A stretch of DNA of 61,114 bases, filler included, from Barthelona sp. PAP020 (lineage: Eukaryota): NCBI GenBank assembly GCA_040182905.1. It is 9 parts of 9 records of this genome, joined end to end, with 100 filler letters (N's around TTAATTAATTAA, not from the genome) between each part and the next. Parts side by side here need not be neighbours in the genome. Positions count along the whole stretch, not along the records: positions 40,983 to 47,649 come from JARQWU010000538.1; positions 47,750 to 54,399 come from JARQWU010000540.1; positions 54,500 to 61,114 come from JARQWU010000541.1; 6 more parts are not named here. One strand, written 5' to 3'. The position numbers were made by a program, and so were the translations under genes. The notes under the pieces are model-generated. The model searched no databases. It saw only the letters and a program-made list of their open reading frames with translations, and had not been told where the DNA came from. The first letter of the stretch is position 1; every line of letters starts with the position of its first letter. Shown here piece by piece: positions 43,183-54,938 of this stretch.

Positions 43183-44190
43183 CTAATAAAAAATAGATCT
43201 AGTTCTGTGAGTTTGGTCTTTTAATTGAACATCAGATCCAGTTTTGGCAAAATCCCAGAGGAAAAAATCAATTTCAACAGAATTAAAGTCTTCCAAGCCT
43301 TTATCCTTTAAAGCCTTTCTAATATCTTCCACAGCTTGAATAGAAGCACCTCTAATCTCAACTTCTTTTTCACACCCATATGGTAAAAGCGTTTGGTCAT
43401 GTATATCATTCAATAATTCATTGCTATATTGCAATATTCCCAAGGAATACATTCCTTGAGGAACTCTATAATCAGCAAACATTGTTATTTTTTCAATGTC
43501 ATTAAACTTACCAATTCCTTCTCCACAAAATGCAGCCCATATATCTGCAACTAAAATTTGAGCTCTTTTTAAGAAATGAACTTGTCTGCCTTTGTAGGTC
43601 GTAACATCTTGAAATGGAGCAAAATCTTCAAAAATAATTTGAACCAAAGCTTCTGCTGAACCATTAGCAGCCTTAAGAACATTTGAAAAACTACCATTAT
43701 ATTTATCAATCAAAATTTGTCCACATTTATTTAAACAATCAACTCTTTCTGCTAATAATGGGATTTCTGGTGGAATAGAATCTTTCAAAAAGGGTCTTAA
43801 AACAATTCTTAACATTGCTGGAGTAATTGTAGAATAAAAAGAAGCGTTAGTTATGGGAATATTTTCTGCAATTGCTCGATTTAAACAAGCAACAAGTGCA
43901 TCATAACCTTTATAAACTTTACCTTCATAAAATACTTGGAAAGGTGAAAAATCATCATTCCAAAAACTAAAATTTAAACAGTCTAAAACAAATATATAAT
44001 CACAAATACCTTCATGAATACCTTTTGGATGCAATGGATGATTATGCCAAGTTTGACGTCCAATTCTTCCACACTTTTGTGCGTCAACAATTAATTCAAT
44101 TAATTTTTCAATACCTTCAGACATAATCTGAACATGTGTTGAATTTTCACATATATATTTCGCATCGTCTCTAATTCTTTGAAGAATCAT
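43183..44190 (-). CDS. QNG1: Queuosine nucleoside/nucleotide salvage hydrolase (DUF2419/C9orf64)
   Basis: LNFSFW, FLKRAQILVADIW, ITMFADYRVPQ, EVEIRG, IDFFLW, HRTRSIFY C-terminus. Confidence 0.94.
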   Translation of the reverse strand: MILQRIRDDAKYICENSTHVQIMSEGIEKLIELIVDAQKCGRIGRQTWHNHPLHPKGIHEGICDYIFVLDCLNFSFWNDDFSPFQVFYEGKVYKGYDALVACLNRAIAENIPITNASFYSTITPAMLRIVLRPFLKDSIPPEIPLLAERVDCLNKCGQILIDKYNGSFSNVLKAANGSAEALVQIIFEDFAPFQDVTTYKGRQVHFLKRAQILVADIWAAFCGEGIGKFNDIEKITMFADYRVPQGMYSLGILQYSNELLNDIHDQTLLPYGCEKEVEIRGASIQAVEDIRKALKDKGLEDFNSVEIDFFLWDFAKTGSDVQLKDQTHRTRSIFY

Positions 44191-44335
44191 ACTATTTGAA
44201 AAAAGAAAATAATCTTTGAAGTCAAAACAATCACGTTTCTAATAAAATTATGTCCAAGGTTTTGATCACAAAATATTTATATCTAATGTTCGGAATAAGA
44301 AAAAAATAAACATACAACCAGGATTTTATTGAACG

Positions 44336-47332
44336 TTAATCACTCTCAAAGATTTGATTCAAAGATTTTTCAAGCACATCAATATCATCATCAAGTAAAC
44401 TATTGAGGCTATCTTGATTGAAAGTATCAAACTTTGGATGATGTAACAAACATTGAAATAAACAATCAACGTATCTATCTGTTTTGCTTTCTTCATTTTT
44501 TAATTTTTGTGAAATAAAATTGATGTCGTTTTTCATGATTACCATCAATTTTTCCAAATTTTGTAAAAATTGTAAAAATTCAAGTAAAAACTTACTACTT
44601 TCTTTAGTTCCATCAATAATGATATTTATTTTATCAATTAATTCCTTTAAATAATGAAATGAAGCAATTATTGTGATATTCCCTTGAGAATCAAACATTT
44701 TTTGATGATCAAAAGTATTATCCAACAAGGTATACAAAACATACATTGGATTGAATAATTCATCTATTTTTCTGAAGAACTGCTTTTCTAACATTTCATT
44801 CTTTTCTTGCGATGCAATTGATTGAATTTCTAAATCTCTATTTTCATCCAAAATCTTTTCAATGGTATTCTTTACGATAGAGAACGTATCAAACTCAACA
44901 ATTGCATATTTTTTTACAAATGGATTCATAAAATAATTGATTTGATCAATGATTGTTTTACTGATTCGGTAACTCTTCAATTCTTCATTTTCTTCTTGAA
45001 GTTTGAAAATTTTATCCTGCAACAAAGTCATTTTCTCTTTAAATTCAGATACTTCGAAACTTTTCTTTTTTACATTTTCCAATTCATTTTCATATTTTTT
45101 TGAAAGAACATCAATTTCTTCTTTTAAACGAATGTCACTTTCTTCCATCTCCTTCATGCGCTTTTCTAAATGGTCTTTCCTGAATTGTAAATCACTTTTC
45201 ATTTCCTCCAAATCACCAAATTTATCAGCTAATTCGTTATATTTTTTGGTGTTTAAAACGTTTAACTTCATCAACTCTTCTTTTTCATTCAAAAGCTTTT
45301 TGACTTCATGAGTTATTTTTATTGCTTGATCAATATCCACAATTTTAAAATTCTTTTTGGGTAATTTTTCATCATCATTACTGTTCTCATTGTTAAGTAA
45401 ATATAATAACTCATTGAAGGGGTTGGACAATGTTTCAAGTTGTTTTTTAAGATCATTTTGTTTATCATGAAGTAAAGCAACGTAATTCTCTTGTTTAACA
45501 AGTTTTGAATTCAACTCATTGTTTTGTTCCTCAATTTTCTTTATGATAAGAGTACATTCATTTAAATGCTTCGAAAGAGTATCTATTTCTTCATTTGATC
45601 TGACAATTTCAATATTTAATTTTTTCGATTCTTCTGCTCCTTTCTTTATGTCAAAAGTTTGCTTTTTAATAATAGAATGTTGTTCATTGGTCGTATTGAC
45701 CAACTCATTGATTTTTAAGTTGTCTATTGTGTGTAATTTTACAAATTCTTCATTATTTATTTCCAACACCGAAATCTTTTCATCTTGTTCAGTCACCAAG
45801 TTTTCAGTATCATTAAGTTTTTTCTTCAAAATCATATTTTCTTCTTTTTCTGCATTAATTTCTTCAGTTAATTGTTTGTATTTACTCAATAAATCAAAAT
45901 ATTTTTCTTTTTCCATTTGAGCTTTTTCTGTCAAATAATTTTGTTCAAATTTACTTTGTTCTAATTCATCAATCAAAGTTTCAATTTTTTTTTTGAAATT
46001 GCCTTCTGATAATATTTTTTCTTCTTTTAAATCGACAATGACTTCATTTAATTCGTCAATCTTCTCATTTAAATTTCCTTTTTCATGATTAAATAATTGT
46101 AATATATCTTCATGTGAACTTTCCTCTTCAATTAACTTATTTTTCAATCTTCTAATATTTTGTTTCAAATTTGAATTTTCATCTTTTAAAACGTTAAACT
46201 CATCAACAATACTATTTCTACGTAAGGTTTCAAGATTTAAATCATTGTTTTTTCTGTCCAATTCATCCTCTAATTCATTACACCGTTTCAAACTATTTAA
46301 AACTTCATTATTTCTTTGATTTAAAGCTTTAACAATACTATATTTTAAATGATCTTCTGGTGTAGTAATGGTCAAATAAAAATAATGTTTTGTAGGTTGA
46401 AAATCTTCTTTTTTTCCAGAAAATACAATACATCGATTTTTTTCATCAGGTAAAACCCCACCAAATCCTCCAAATAAACAATTAAATTCCCTTTGAATAA
46501 CTTCTATCTCTTTGTGAGTATCTTCCAAATCAATAAGAAAACAATCGTTTAGAAAGTTGATTTTTTCATTATTTAAACTAATTCCACCATGTATTAACCA
46601 ATAATAATGATTTTGATAGTTAATTTTACAAGCAAAATTAATAAACCTTGCTGGAATTGTAATATTCAAACTATACCACACATTTGTCTTCAAATCTAGT
46701 TTATAAAAATTCTCATATGTTGTTCTATTCTCTCCTAAACCTCCATATATGTATAAATTATCATCAAAAATTAAACTGGAACAAAAGCACCTTCTTTCAG
46801 GTATTTCACCACTAGTGATTAATAAACTTCTTTCAAAAGTGTTTAAATCAATGATAACAATATCATTCGTCATCTTCATATTATTATTGAGCAGAAATTC
46901 ATCATAAGTTCCACCAAAAATTATCATTTTATCTTCATATATATTATAACTATGTCCACATGTCCCTCTAATTGATTTTCCTATCATAATACATTCTGAA
47001 CATTTATTTTCATTAAGATTTACGCAATACAAATCATTATAAGGTTTGCATTCTGGTGAGCCTCCACCATATATATATATATTATTGTTATGTACAATCA
47101 TACCAACGCCTAATCTTTCACTTGGTAAATTATTAATCCTTAGAATTTTTTCTTCTAATGTTGAAAGATCATATTGTATCATTTTACTAGGTAATAAATC
47201 ATTCGAAGGGGTCAATCCACCAAAAACATATATTTGCCCATCAATTTGACAATAAGTAGTAAATGTCGTTTCTTTTAAAAAGTTTTCGTCATTGAAACCA
47301 TATTCCCATGTTATTTGATATTCAGTTGTCAT
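44336..47332 (-). CDS. Kelch-repeat protein with long C-terminal coiled coil
   Basis: IYVFGG, IYIYGG, MIIFGG, LYIYGG, LIHGG kelch motifs in the first about 325 aa, then about 600 aa of heptad-rich sequence. Confidence 0.85.
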   Translation of the reverse strand: MTTEYQITWEYGFNDENFLKETTFTTYCQIDGQIYVFGGLTPSNDLLPSKMIQYDLSTLEEKILRINNLPSERLGVGMIVHNNNIYIYGGGSPECKPYNDLYCVNLNENKCSECIMIGKSIRGTCGHSYNIYEDKMIIFGGTYDEFLLNNNMKMTNDIVIIDLNTFERSLLITSGEIPERRCFCSSLIFDDNLYIYGGLGENRTTYENFYKLDLKTNVWYSLNITIPARFINFACKINYQNHYYWLIHGGISLNNEKINFLNDCFLIDLEDTHKEIEVIQREFNCLFGGFGGVLPDEKNRCIVFSGKKEDFQPTKHYFYLTITTPEDHLKYSIVKALNQRNNEVLNSLKRCNELEDELDRKNNDLNLETLRRNSIVDEFNVLKDENSNLKQNIRRLKNKLIEEESSHEDILQLFNHEKGNLNEKIDELNEVIVDLKEEKILSEGNFKKKIETLIDELEQSKFEQNYLTEKAQMEKEKYFDLLSKYKQLTEEINAEKEENMILKKKLNDTENLVTEQDEKISVLEINNEEFVKLHTIDNLKINELVNTTNEQHSIIKKQTFDIKKGAEESKKLNIEIVRSNEEIDTLSKHLNECTLIIKKIEEQNNELNSKLVKQENYVALLHDKQNDLKKQLETLSNPFNELLYLLNNENSNDDEKLPKKNFKIVDIDQAIKITHEVKKLLNEKEELMKLNVLNTKKYNELADKFGDLEEMKSDLQFRKDHLEKRMKEMEESDIRLKEEIDVLSKKYENELENVKKKSFEVSEFKEKMTLLQDKIFKLQEENEELKSYRISKTIIDQINYFMNPFVKKYAIVEFDTFSIVKNTIEKILDENRDLEIQSIASQEKNEMLEKQFFRKIDELFNPMYVLYTLLDNTFDHQKMFDSQGNITIIASFHYLKELIDKINIIIDGTKESSKFLLEFLQFLQNLEKLMVIMKNDINFISQKLKNEESKTDRYVDCLFQCLLHHPKFDTFNQDSLNSLLDDDIDVLEKSLNQIFESD

Positions 47333-47467
47333 TTTTTTTCATATTATTTGGGCATAAAGAATAAAATTAGAATTTTCCTTTTTGATTTTTTTTCCATTCG
47401 TTTATTCATTTTTGTTTGGACGTTTTAATATTTGAATTGATTTTTGAAATAAATTGTTGAGTTACAA

Positions 47468-47649
47468 ATGGTATTTATTTTTATGGGTTTGAAGACAAAT
47501 TGGTCAAAGGCATCCAAAAGTATCAATAATTCACTAGATGACGATTCAATTAAAAGAATTACAGTTGCAAAAAGACAACCAGTGGAAGCTCCACCAGATG
47601 ATGATCACAAAAACAAACCAAAATGGGCTTTGGCTATTGATTGTGAAAT
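47468..47649 (+). CDS. 5' fragment of DEDDh RNA exonuclease (REX4/REX1-like)
   Basis: Ends in WALAIDCE-AT(G), the A(I/L)DCEM ExoI motif, at the contig edge; possible 39-nt intron after the ATG. Confidence 0.6.
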
Positions 47650-47749
47650 NNNNNNNNNNNNNNNNNNNNNNNNNNNNNNNNNNNNNNNNNNNNTTAATTA
47701 ATTAANNNNNNNNNNNNNNNNNNNNNNNNNNNNNNNNNNNNNNNNNNNN

Positions 47750-50700
47750 TATGGATATGGAGAAAATTGAATGATTTTATCTATTCTGTGTCTTAAACGT
47801 TCAATGAAACCATCCATTTCGAAAGAATCAAGTCTGCTAATAACATTACTCATTGAATTGACTATATCATCAAAATATTGCCTTGCAAGTCTAGAATCGC
47901 TGTTAACCCAACATTCAGTTAAATAAATTAATTTCTCAATGATTGAAAGATCAGTAGAATTCACCAAATAGTAATTGTAATATGTGTCGAATAAAATTTC
48001 AAAAGAAATGCCAAGTTCTTCAATAAGAAAAGCAATCAATTCAAATTTGCTGAAATTACCACAATTTTCTAAGGAGTTAACAACAAAGTATAAGGGGAAA
48101 AACTTGGGATAATAATTTTCATACAACTGTTTCAATTTATTCAAACTATAATTGCTCTTTGCCAAAATATCCTCATACAATTGTTCTATTATCTCAAAAG
48201 CATCAAAATTGTGACTGATGCTGATGATTTGCAAACAAATTTCATAGAAACCAAATTGTTGCGCATAGTTATTGAACAGATCAGATAAATCAAGAATATT
48301 ATAGGTTAAATTCTGTATATCTATCGAAATATTATTGTTTTGATTAGGATTAAGGTTTTGCAAGTTATTTATGATTAATTTTTGAACCTCTAAAACTTCC
48401 AACATCTCAGAAATCTCCATCTTGATATTATCATCCAATAAATTATCAATGGACAAATTAATAGAACTTTCATAGTTCTTGATACACATGGAAGCAGTTG
48501 TTAAATAATGAAATTTCTTATCTATGTCTATTTTGTTGTTTAAAACCAATTTCATCAAAATTTTTGTGGCTTTGCCAAAGTTTTGAGTGTGAATATAGAA
48601 TTTCCAAACAAAATCAATGTTTTCTTCACTCATAAATAATCTCAAAAGATAATCTTCAAAAATCTGAAAATCTTTCAAAAAAGTAAATAACTCAATCTGT
48701 GAATCAGTTGAGTGATTGATTAAAATCTTGAAAACATAGAATAAAAAGTCTTCATTCGAAATTTTCATTAAAAATTGATAAAACTTTTGAATAATTTCAG
48801 AATTCAAATTTTTCAAATTCAAAACATTTTCCAATTGTTTTGATATCAAAAATTCATTCAAAATATGAGTTTTTTCATAATTAATGTATAATAATTCAAT
48901 TATAGCATGTATCTGTTTAAAATTAGAGAATTTATCGCAAAACATTTCCAACTGATTGGAATCAAACTTACAATTCTTCAAATACTGTAAAGCCTTTTCA
49001 CAATTGAGTACTATTTCATCAGAATCATAAATTCCTGAAGATTTCGCCAGCAATTCATTTTGATGGAACAATTTAATGGCAACAAAAACAAACAATTCAT
49101 TTTGTGAAACAACATTAGGACAATTCTTTGCAAGAATTTCACCAAAATATTCAATCCTTTCAAAATTTGATGAACTATTAGCAAAGCTTAAAAAGATAGA
49201 TCTGATGATGTTGATTCCTTCAGCAGTTAAAATGAAATCTCTGAATAACAAAGATTCACGATTGTTGATTATTTGATTGTTTAATGAAATGGTATGTGAT
49301 TTTCCAAAGAAATCTTCGAATATTTCAAAGAATTTTAATATTTCCAAACATTTATCCAATAGATTTCGAACTTTTTCAAAAATTTGATATTCTTTTTGAA
49401 AGATTTCATTTTCTTTGTTATGAATGTAATAATGGAATAAAGAAGAATGTGAATTGTTCAAAAATTGCAAGAGTGTGTGGAGATTTTGAAAGATTGAATA
49501 ATTTTCTTCTGAAAAATGAACAACAATTTCAATTTGATTTGCATTTGAAGTTTTTTCATTGTCAGCAGTACTTCCAATATTTGATCCAGTTCCACTGGAA
49601 CCAAATCTTCTTTTAGCCAATAAAAACAAAAATTTCTTTTCTTTTGATTCATTTTGCTGAATCTTCTTCAATGAACATACATTAGTATTCCAAATTTGGG
49701 TCAATAAACGAGAAATATAAATCAATATTGCTGAAAAATTTTGTGATAAAATAATATTGTTCACAACCAAATCATTAGTCGTTTGCATTTGATTGAAAGC
49801 AATCTTTGGCAACTTATTTTCTCCCAAGAATTTTTGCAAAGATATATCAGATCTTGTAAGCAAGAAATGATTCAAAGCTTGAATATTATTCTCAATAGGT
49901 TCAACATAATGATGTAGATATTGTTTTTGTATTATAAATAAACTAGTTGCCGATAAACACACAAATTGACGTTTTGGTGAAGTGTATTGTAAAGTTTTAT
50001 CATTAAACAAATAAATTTCACTCAGGTTTAAGCTTTTAATGGTATATATTTCCGATTGTGTTATTAGATTTGTGTAAATGCATTCAGAACCATTGTAATC
50101 AAAGCAATTCAAAGATTTTTCAGAAACCAAAAAATGGGAATTTTGAACAAAGAACGATGACTGAATCTCTTGCTCAACCAATAATTTTCTTGGAAAATGA
50201 ACAATCTTGATCGATTTCTTTTTAAAATCAACAAATGCAGTAATTCCATTCTTCAGTGCCAGTAATATCATCTCACGAGACACAATCTCCATAGAAATAA
50301 TTTCCAAACTTATATTTAAAAAGAAAGAAGGACTAACATTCTTAATTTTGTTAAGCATATTCTTAAAAATATATTGTTGAGTTATGTTTTGTGTTTTTCC
50401 AACAGAATACACTTCTAAAGTGTCAGGATTTCTCAAAATAAATAACTTATTCGATATTTCATCATATTTCATGTCAATAATCGTTGGCAAATGTTTCCAA
50501 TGCAACAAAAGAGAAGTGAATACATTTTCTAACAATGAAACTTTCTTTGTTAAAGATCTTTGATAAATAAATTCATAAACATAACCAGGTTCAGTAGAGA
50601 AGAAAATTCTCCCATTCTTTGTGGAAACAATATGAGTAATAACTTCATCATCGGTAGAAACGATTAAATTAGTCTTGATCAATATTAAATTGGATCTCAT

Positions 50701-51156
50701 ATCCTCAGGATCACTGAATTTAATCGCAAATATTGAAATATCCACAGGTGTGGTCAATAATAATAAATATGGATAAGAAGAATCCACAACATTATGATTC
50801 GCACGCATTAAATGAACATTTGTAATCACTTGATTTAATCCATCAAATTGAGTAATATCAGTGGATTCGTAATTCCATAAAAATATACGATTGTCCACAG
50901 TGACAAAAACCCTTTGAATTTCAGGAAAAATTCCAATATTATAGAAATTTCTCATTTCTGCACGAATTTCATTGGTTAAAAAACTGGGTAAAGGTATAGA
51001 AGATACTACTTCATAATGACTATGATCAATCGTGCATGAATCTGAAAAACGATTGATCGAAGGAAATCCATCCAGGATATCGGATGTTTTATCCTTACGT
51101 TGTTGCTCATCGATAAGATACCCAACAGATCTCAGAGAATTTAGATCAACAGTCAT
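47750..51156 (-). CDS. NUP155: Nucleoporin Nup155/Nup170, 3' truncated
   Basis: IGIFPEIQRVFVTVDNRIFLWNY, LLLLTTPVDI, STKNGRIFF, LSDLFNNYAQQFGFYEICLQII; ATG at 51156. Confidence 0.9.
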
Positions 51157-51304
51157 GATATGAAAGGTAAAAAAATTTCTGAAAGAACACACACTTTTTG
51201 TTGTTCTCCATTTTCTTATTTACCTTCTTCCAGATCAAAAAAAAATTTTAAAAAGAACAAAAATCTTGTGTATTTACAATAGAAACCCTTAAAATGGAAA
51301 AAAA

Positions 51305-51869
51305 TCATCTATATCTTCTTCTATTCATCGCAGCCCTTTGCATTTTTTCAGATTTTAATTTTGCTTCCTGTTCAGCCTCAATATCAACAGTTTCACCTTC
51401 AGGATTAAAGAATGGTCTCAAAATATATTTCCATAATAATTTCAATCCAATAAATAGGGGAATTATTAACAACCACCATGCATAATCAGTGATAATAGCT
51501 AAAATATCCAAGATCCAAGAAAACCACATAACTTCTTCACCATATTTTACAAAAAAATTAACCTTAGAATCCGCACCACCACTTTTCAAACTTCCATCGG
51601 AATTATATTCAGGGTTTAAAATTGATCGAATGATGATAAAACAAACGAGGTCGACAATTATAGATAAACCAAATAAAATATAATGCTTCAAAGATATTTT
51701 AGATTTTTGCAAAACAAACTTTAATAATATTACTAATATGATATCTATTACCATGCCAAAAAAGTTATATTTGATTCTCTGTTGATTTTCTTTTAATCTT
51801 TTTTTAGCTGCTCTATTAGCCTAAACAAAATAAAGTTAATATATTGTAATATAAATAAATTTGTACCAT
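51305..51869 (-). CDS. TMEM208: TMEM208/SND2 ER targeting protein
   Basis: Coding exon 1 is the ATG only (51869-51867), exon 2 is 51820-51305; MANRAAKKRLKEN, P.Y..DGSL..GG.D, WWLLIIP, KSEKMQR basic tail. Confidence 0.88.
51821..51866 (-). other. Spliceosomal intron (46 nt) directly after the start codon
   Basis: ATG|GTACAA...ATTAAC...TTTGTTTAG|GCT; restores the family-typical MAN..AKK start. Confidence 0.82.
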
Positions 51870-51944
51870 TTCTTTTTTCCTCTTAACTTTCAAAAAAAAA
51901 AAAAAAATTTTTTTTTACAACTCACATTTCAAATTAATCAAGAT

Positions 51945-54374
51945 TTATTTCAATAAATACTTAATATACTCAATAAAAATGTCTGAATATTCCATGTTTT
52001 TAGGCATTTTGACATCCATAACAATTGTGTTTGAATTTTTAATTAACAAAGTGAAGAGGAAATTTAAATTCAATTGAGAGCATTTGGAACAACCACACAT
52101 CCTTTGTTCATTTAACACTAATATTTGAATATTTGCATCCAATAGTTTAGATTGAATATTTTCAAGATTCAAATCTGACAATTCAAAACGTTTCGAATTT
52201 GAGTTGTCAATTTTCTTCCAAAGTGTCTGGAATACATTAACATCATTGATCTTGGGTGCCTCTAAAGATTGTTCAAATACTTGCAACACCTCTAACATTT
52301 TTCCACTGTAAATGTCTTCCAAAGTTTGATGTTTCTTTTCATCAAAAATTAAATCATCAATGAAATTTTGTTTTTCTTTAGGAGCAGTTTGAGGAGAACC
52401 CATATTCAATAAATCAATGTCAGACAATCCTCTTTGAAGGTTTTCTCTATGGTCTGATGAAACCCTCATGTGTTCCAAAGGTGTTTCTTGTTCTTCTTCG
52501 TCACTTTCTTCAACTGAATCCTCCTCTTCCTTACTTTCACGCTCAATTTCAATGATTTGTTCTTCACGATGATCAATGTTCTCCAAATCAAACTCAGGTA
52601 TTGTTGATAAAATGGTGAAAGTTAATTCATTGTCAGGTAACGATAAGATGTGCAATAATTCAACTGCCTTTTGCTGAATATCGATATCGCGATGACTGGA
52701 GAGTTTTTCAAGGAACTTCTTTATAATCATTCTAAGCATAGAATCAGAAGATTCTTCATGGGCTGCAATCTTTGCCAATGCTGACAAAACATAGCGCACA
52801 GTTGTTTTTGATTCAAGATGAGGATATCTTCGAACAATTTTTTTAACTAAATCCTCATGTAACGTTCCATCTTCATCATTTATCACATCTAAAAATTCGC
52901 CAACAAGATAAACAGATATGGTAAATGCAGCTTCATGAGATTGTTGTCCAAGAATTTCATTGGCTCTCTCCAAAGCAATACTTTGCAATTCTTTAAAATT
53001 GGCAACATAATGAATCATTCTGTGCCAAACATCATCTGGCAAGTAATCACCACCATATTCAGCAATATCAAAAACAATTTTAATGTACTCAACATCACCT
53101 TGTTTACCGGCAAATTTTTCAGCGAGAGCAGTTGCTTTGGAAACAACATGTCTTTTGAGATGAACAGGACAAGTTTCCAAAAATCCAATTAAGGTGCTAC
53201 AATTCTCCATTCCATCTTCTATGGTGCTCATCTCATATATTAAAAACAACGTGTCTTTCACAACAGATGCGTCAGGATGTTCCAACATGGCGAAGATATC
53301 AGTGCGATACTTTTTGATGGATTGACGAACATTTTCATTTCTAATGTATGTACGCATAAGCATAAGACCAGTTAGCTTAAGATTAGGATGATTCGACATG
53401 AAAAATTTGGAAATGAGATGACAAGCCTCTCTTGTTAATTCATCATTGCCATGATGTAACAACAAACTCATTTCAATGGCATCCAACAATAATCCGTAGG
53501 TGGTATATTTGGATTTTTTATTGGGCTCAGGTTTTGCAAAAATAACCATCAACAACTTACGTAAAGCAATAGCATAATCTTCAATCATTTCAGGATACAT
53601 TTTTAAATATTCAAAACAACGATCAAGAATCCATGGGCCAGACAACCCGTGATATTTGAGATCATCAGACCTATTTTCCAATACTTCTTGCAAGAAATTA
53701 ATAACAAGAGGTATAAACTTACTGCAAGCCTTAGGTTCATCTTTAGCAAATCCAATCAACAATGCCAAAGCAGCGGAAGCAATGGTGATTTCTTTTCCAA
53801 AGTAACCACTTATTGTTTCTAACCACTCATCAATATCAAAGCACTCAGGATATTTTCTATAAAATCGTAATGCACACAACAAACATTTCTTGGCAACAAA
53901 AGGATTAACATTGACATCAGAAAGAAGCTCATTAAAAATAGGAACGACGGCAGTGGCTGTTGTATCACCACCAATAGAACCAACACATTGAATTGCCAAA
54001 CATTTAATTGCATCATTATCATCTTTCAAATCCATACAAATACGCTCAGTAATCAAAAATGCAAAATCACTTGACTCAGAAAATAATAATTGCGCAGCAA
54101 TGTAACCAATTTGTTTGTCAGCAAATGTTTTAGAATCTAACAAATCGGTAACATTCAAATTTGCAAAATCAATTTCATAACCCAATAAAAAAGTATACAT
54201 TAACTTAGAAATATATTTTCTTAAATCATAAGATTTCATGTTCTTACGATCTGAAAATTTCTTTCTAATTTTTGCAAATTCTTGTTTAACACGTGCCATT
54301 TCTTCACCTTTATTGGGACATAACTGAATTTCTTTAATATAATTCATAAGTCCTCGAGAATATATCGATGTCAT
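51945..54374 (-). CDS. AP2A: AP-2 complex alpha adaptin
   Basis: RGLMNYIKEI...EEMARVKQEFAKIRKKF, YISKLMYTFLLGYEIDF, KQIGY, DVWHRMIHYVAN, DIDIQQKAVE. Confidence 0.9.
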   Translation of the reverse strand: MTSIYSRGLMNYIKEIQLCPNKGEEMARVKQEFAKIRKKFSDRKNMKSYDLRKYISKLMYTFLLGYEIDFANLNVTDLLDSKTFADKQIGYIAAQLLFSESSDFAFLITERICMDLKDDNDAIKCLAIQCVGSIGGDTTATAVVPIFNELLSDVNVNPFVAKKCLLCALRFYRKYPECFDIDEWLETISGYFGKEITIASAALALLIGFAKDEPKACSKFIPLVINFLQEVLENRSDDLKYHGLSGPWILDRCFEYLKMYPEMIEDYAIALRKLLMVIFAKPEPNKKSKYTTYGLLLDAIEMSLLLHHGNDELTREACHLISKFFMSNHPNLKLTGLMLMRTYIRNENVRQSIKKYRTDIFAMLEHPDASVVKDTLFLIYEMSTIEDGMENCSTLIGFLETCPVHLKRHVVSKATALAEKFAGKQGDVEYIKIVFDIAEYGGDYLPDDVWHRMIHYVANFKELQSIALERANEILGQQSHEAAFTISVYLVGEFLDVINDEDGTLHEDLVKKIVRRYPHLESKTTVRYVLSALAKIAAHEESSDSMLRMIIKKFLEKLSSHRDIDIQQKAVELLHILSLPDNELTFTILSTIPEFDLENIDHREEQIIEIERESKEEEDSVEESDEEEQETPLEHMRVSSDHRENLQRGLSDIDLLNMGSPQTAPKEKQNFIDDLIFDEKKHQTLEDIYSGKMLEVLQVFEQSLEAPKINDVNVFQTLWKKIDNSNSKRFELSDLNLENIQSKLLDANIQILVLNEQRMCGCSKCSQLNLNFLFTLLIKNSNTIVMDVKMPKNMEYSDIFIEYIKYLLK

Positions 54375-54499
54375 GTTCTCTTTAAGTATATAAAAAAAGN
54401 NNNNNNNNNNNNNNNNNNNNNNNNNNNNNNNNNNNNNNNNNNNTTAATTAATTAANNNNNNNNNNNNNNNNNNNNNNNNNNNNNNNNNNNNNNNNNNNN

Positions 54500-54776
<277 letters not shown>

Positions 54777-54938
54777 TCAACACTTCTCACTTTATTCAAC
54801 AAATTGCTATTCAATTTGGAAAATATTTGTTGAACTTGAGAAATCTTTTCAAAAAGTTATAAATTTTCTGTTGATATCAAATCTTTAAAAATTATTTGTA
54901 AAGGATTTTGCAAAACAAAAAAGACATTTTCCCTTGAA

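Noticed and set aside
41397..44190. Alternative genetic code (TAA/TAG = Gln, as in hexamitids and ciliates)
   Set aside because: Conserved C-termini end at TAA (RPLP2), TAG (QNG1) and TGA (Tul1-like), and long ORFs have no in-frame stops.
6782..54499. Regularly spaced (about 6.8 kb) TTAATTAATTAA palindromes as a biological repeat, and gene neighbourhoods across them
   Set aside because: They are N-flanked six-frame-stop linkers between size-sorted contigs; adjacency across them is meaningless, and ORFs running into them are truncated by assembly, not biology.
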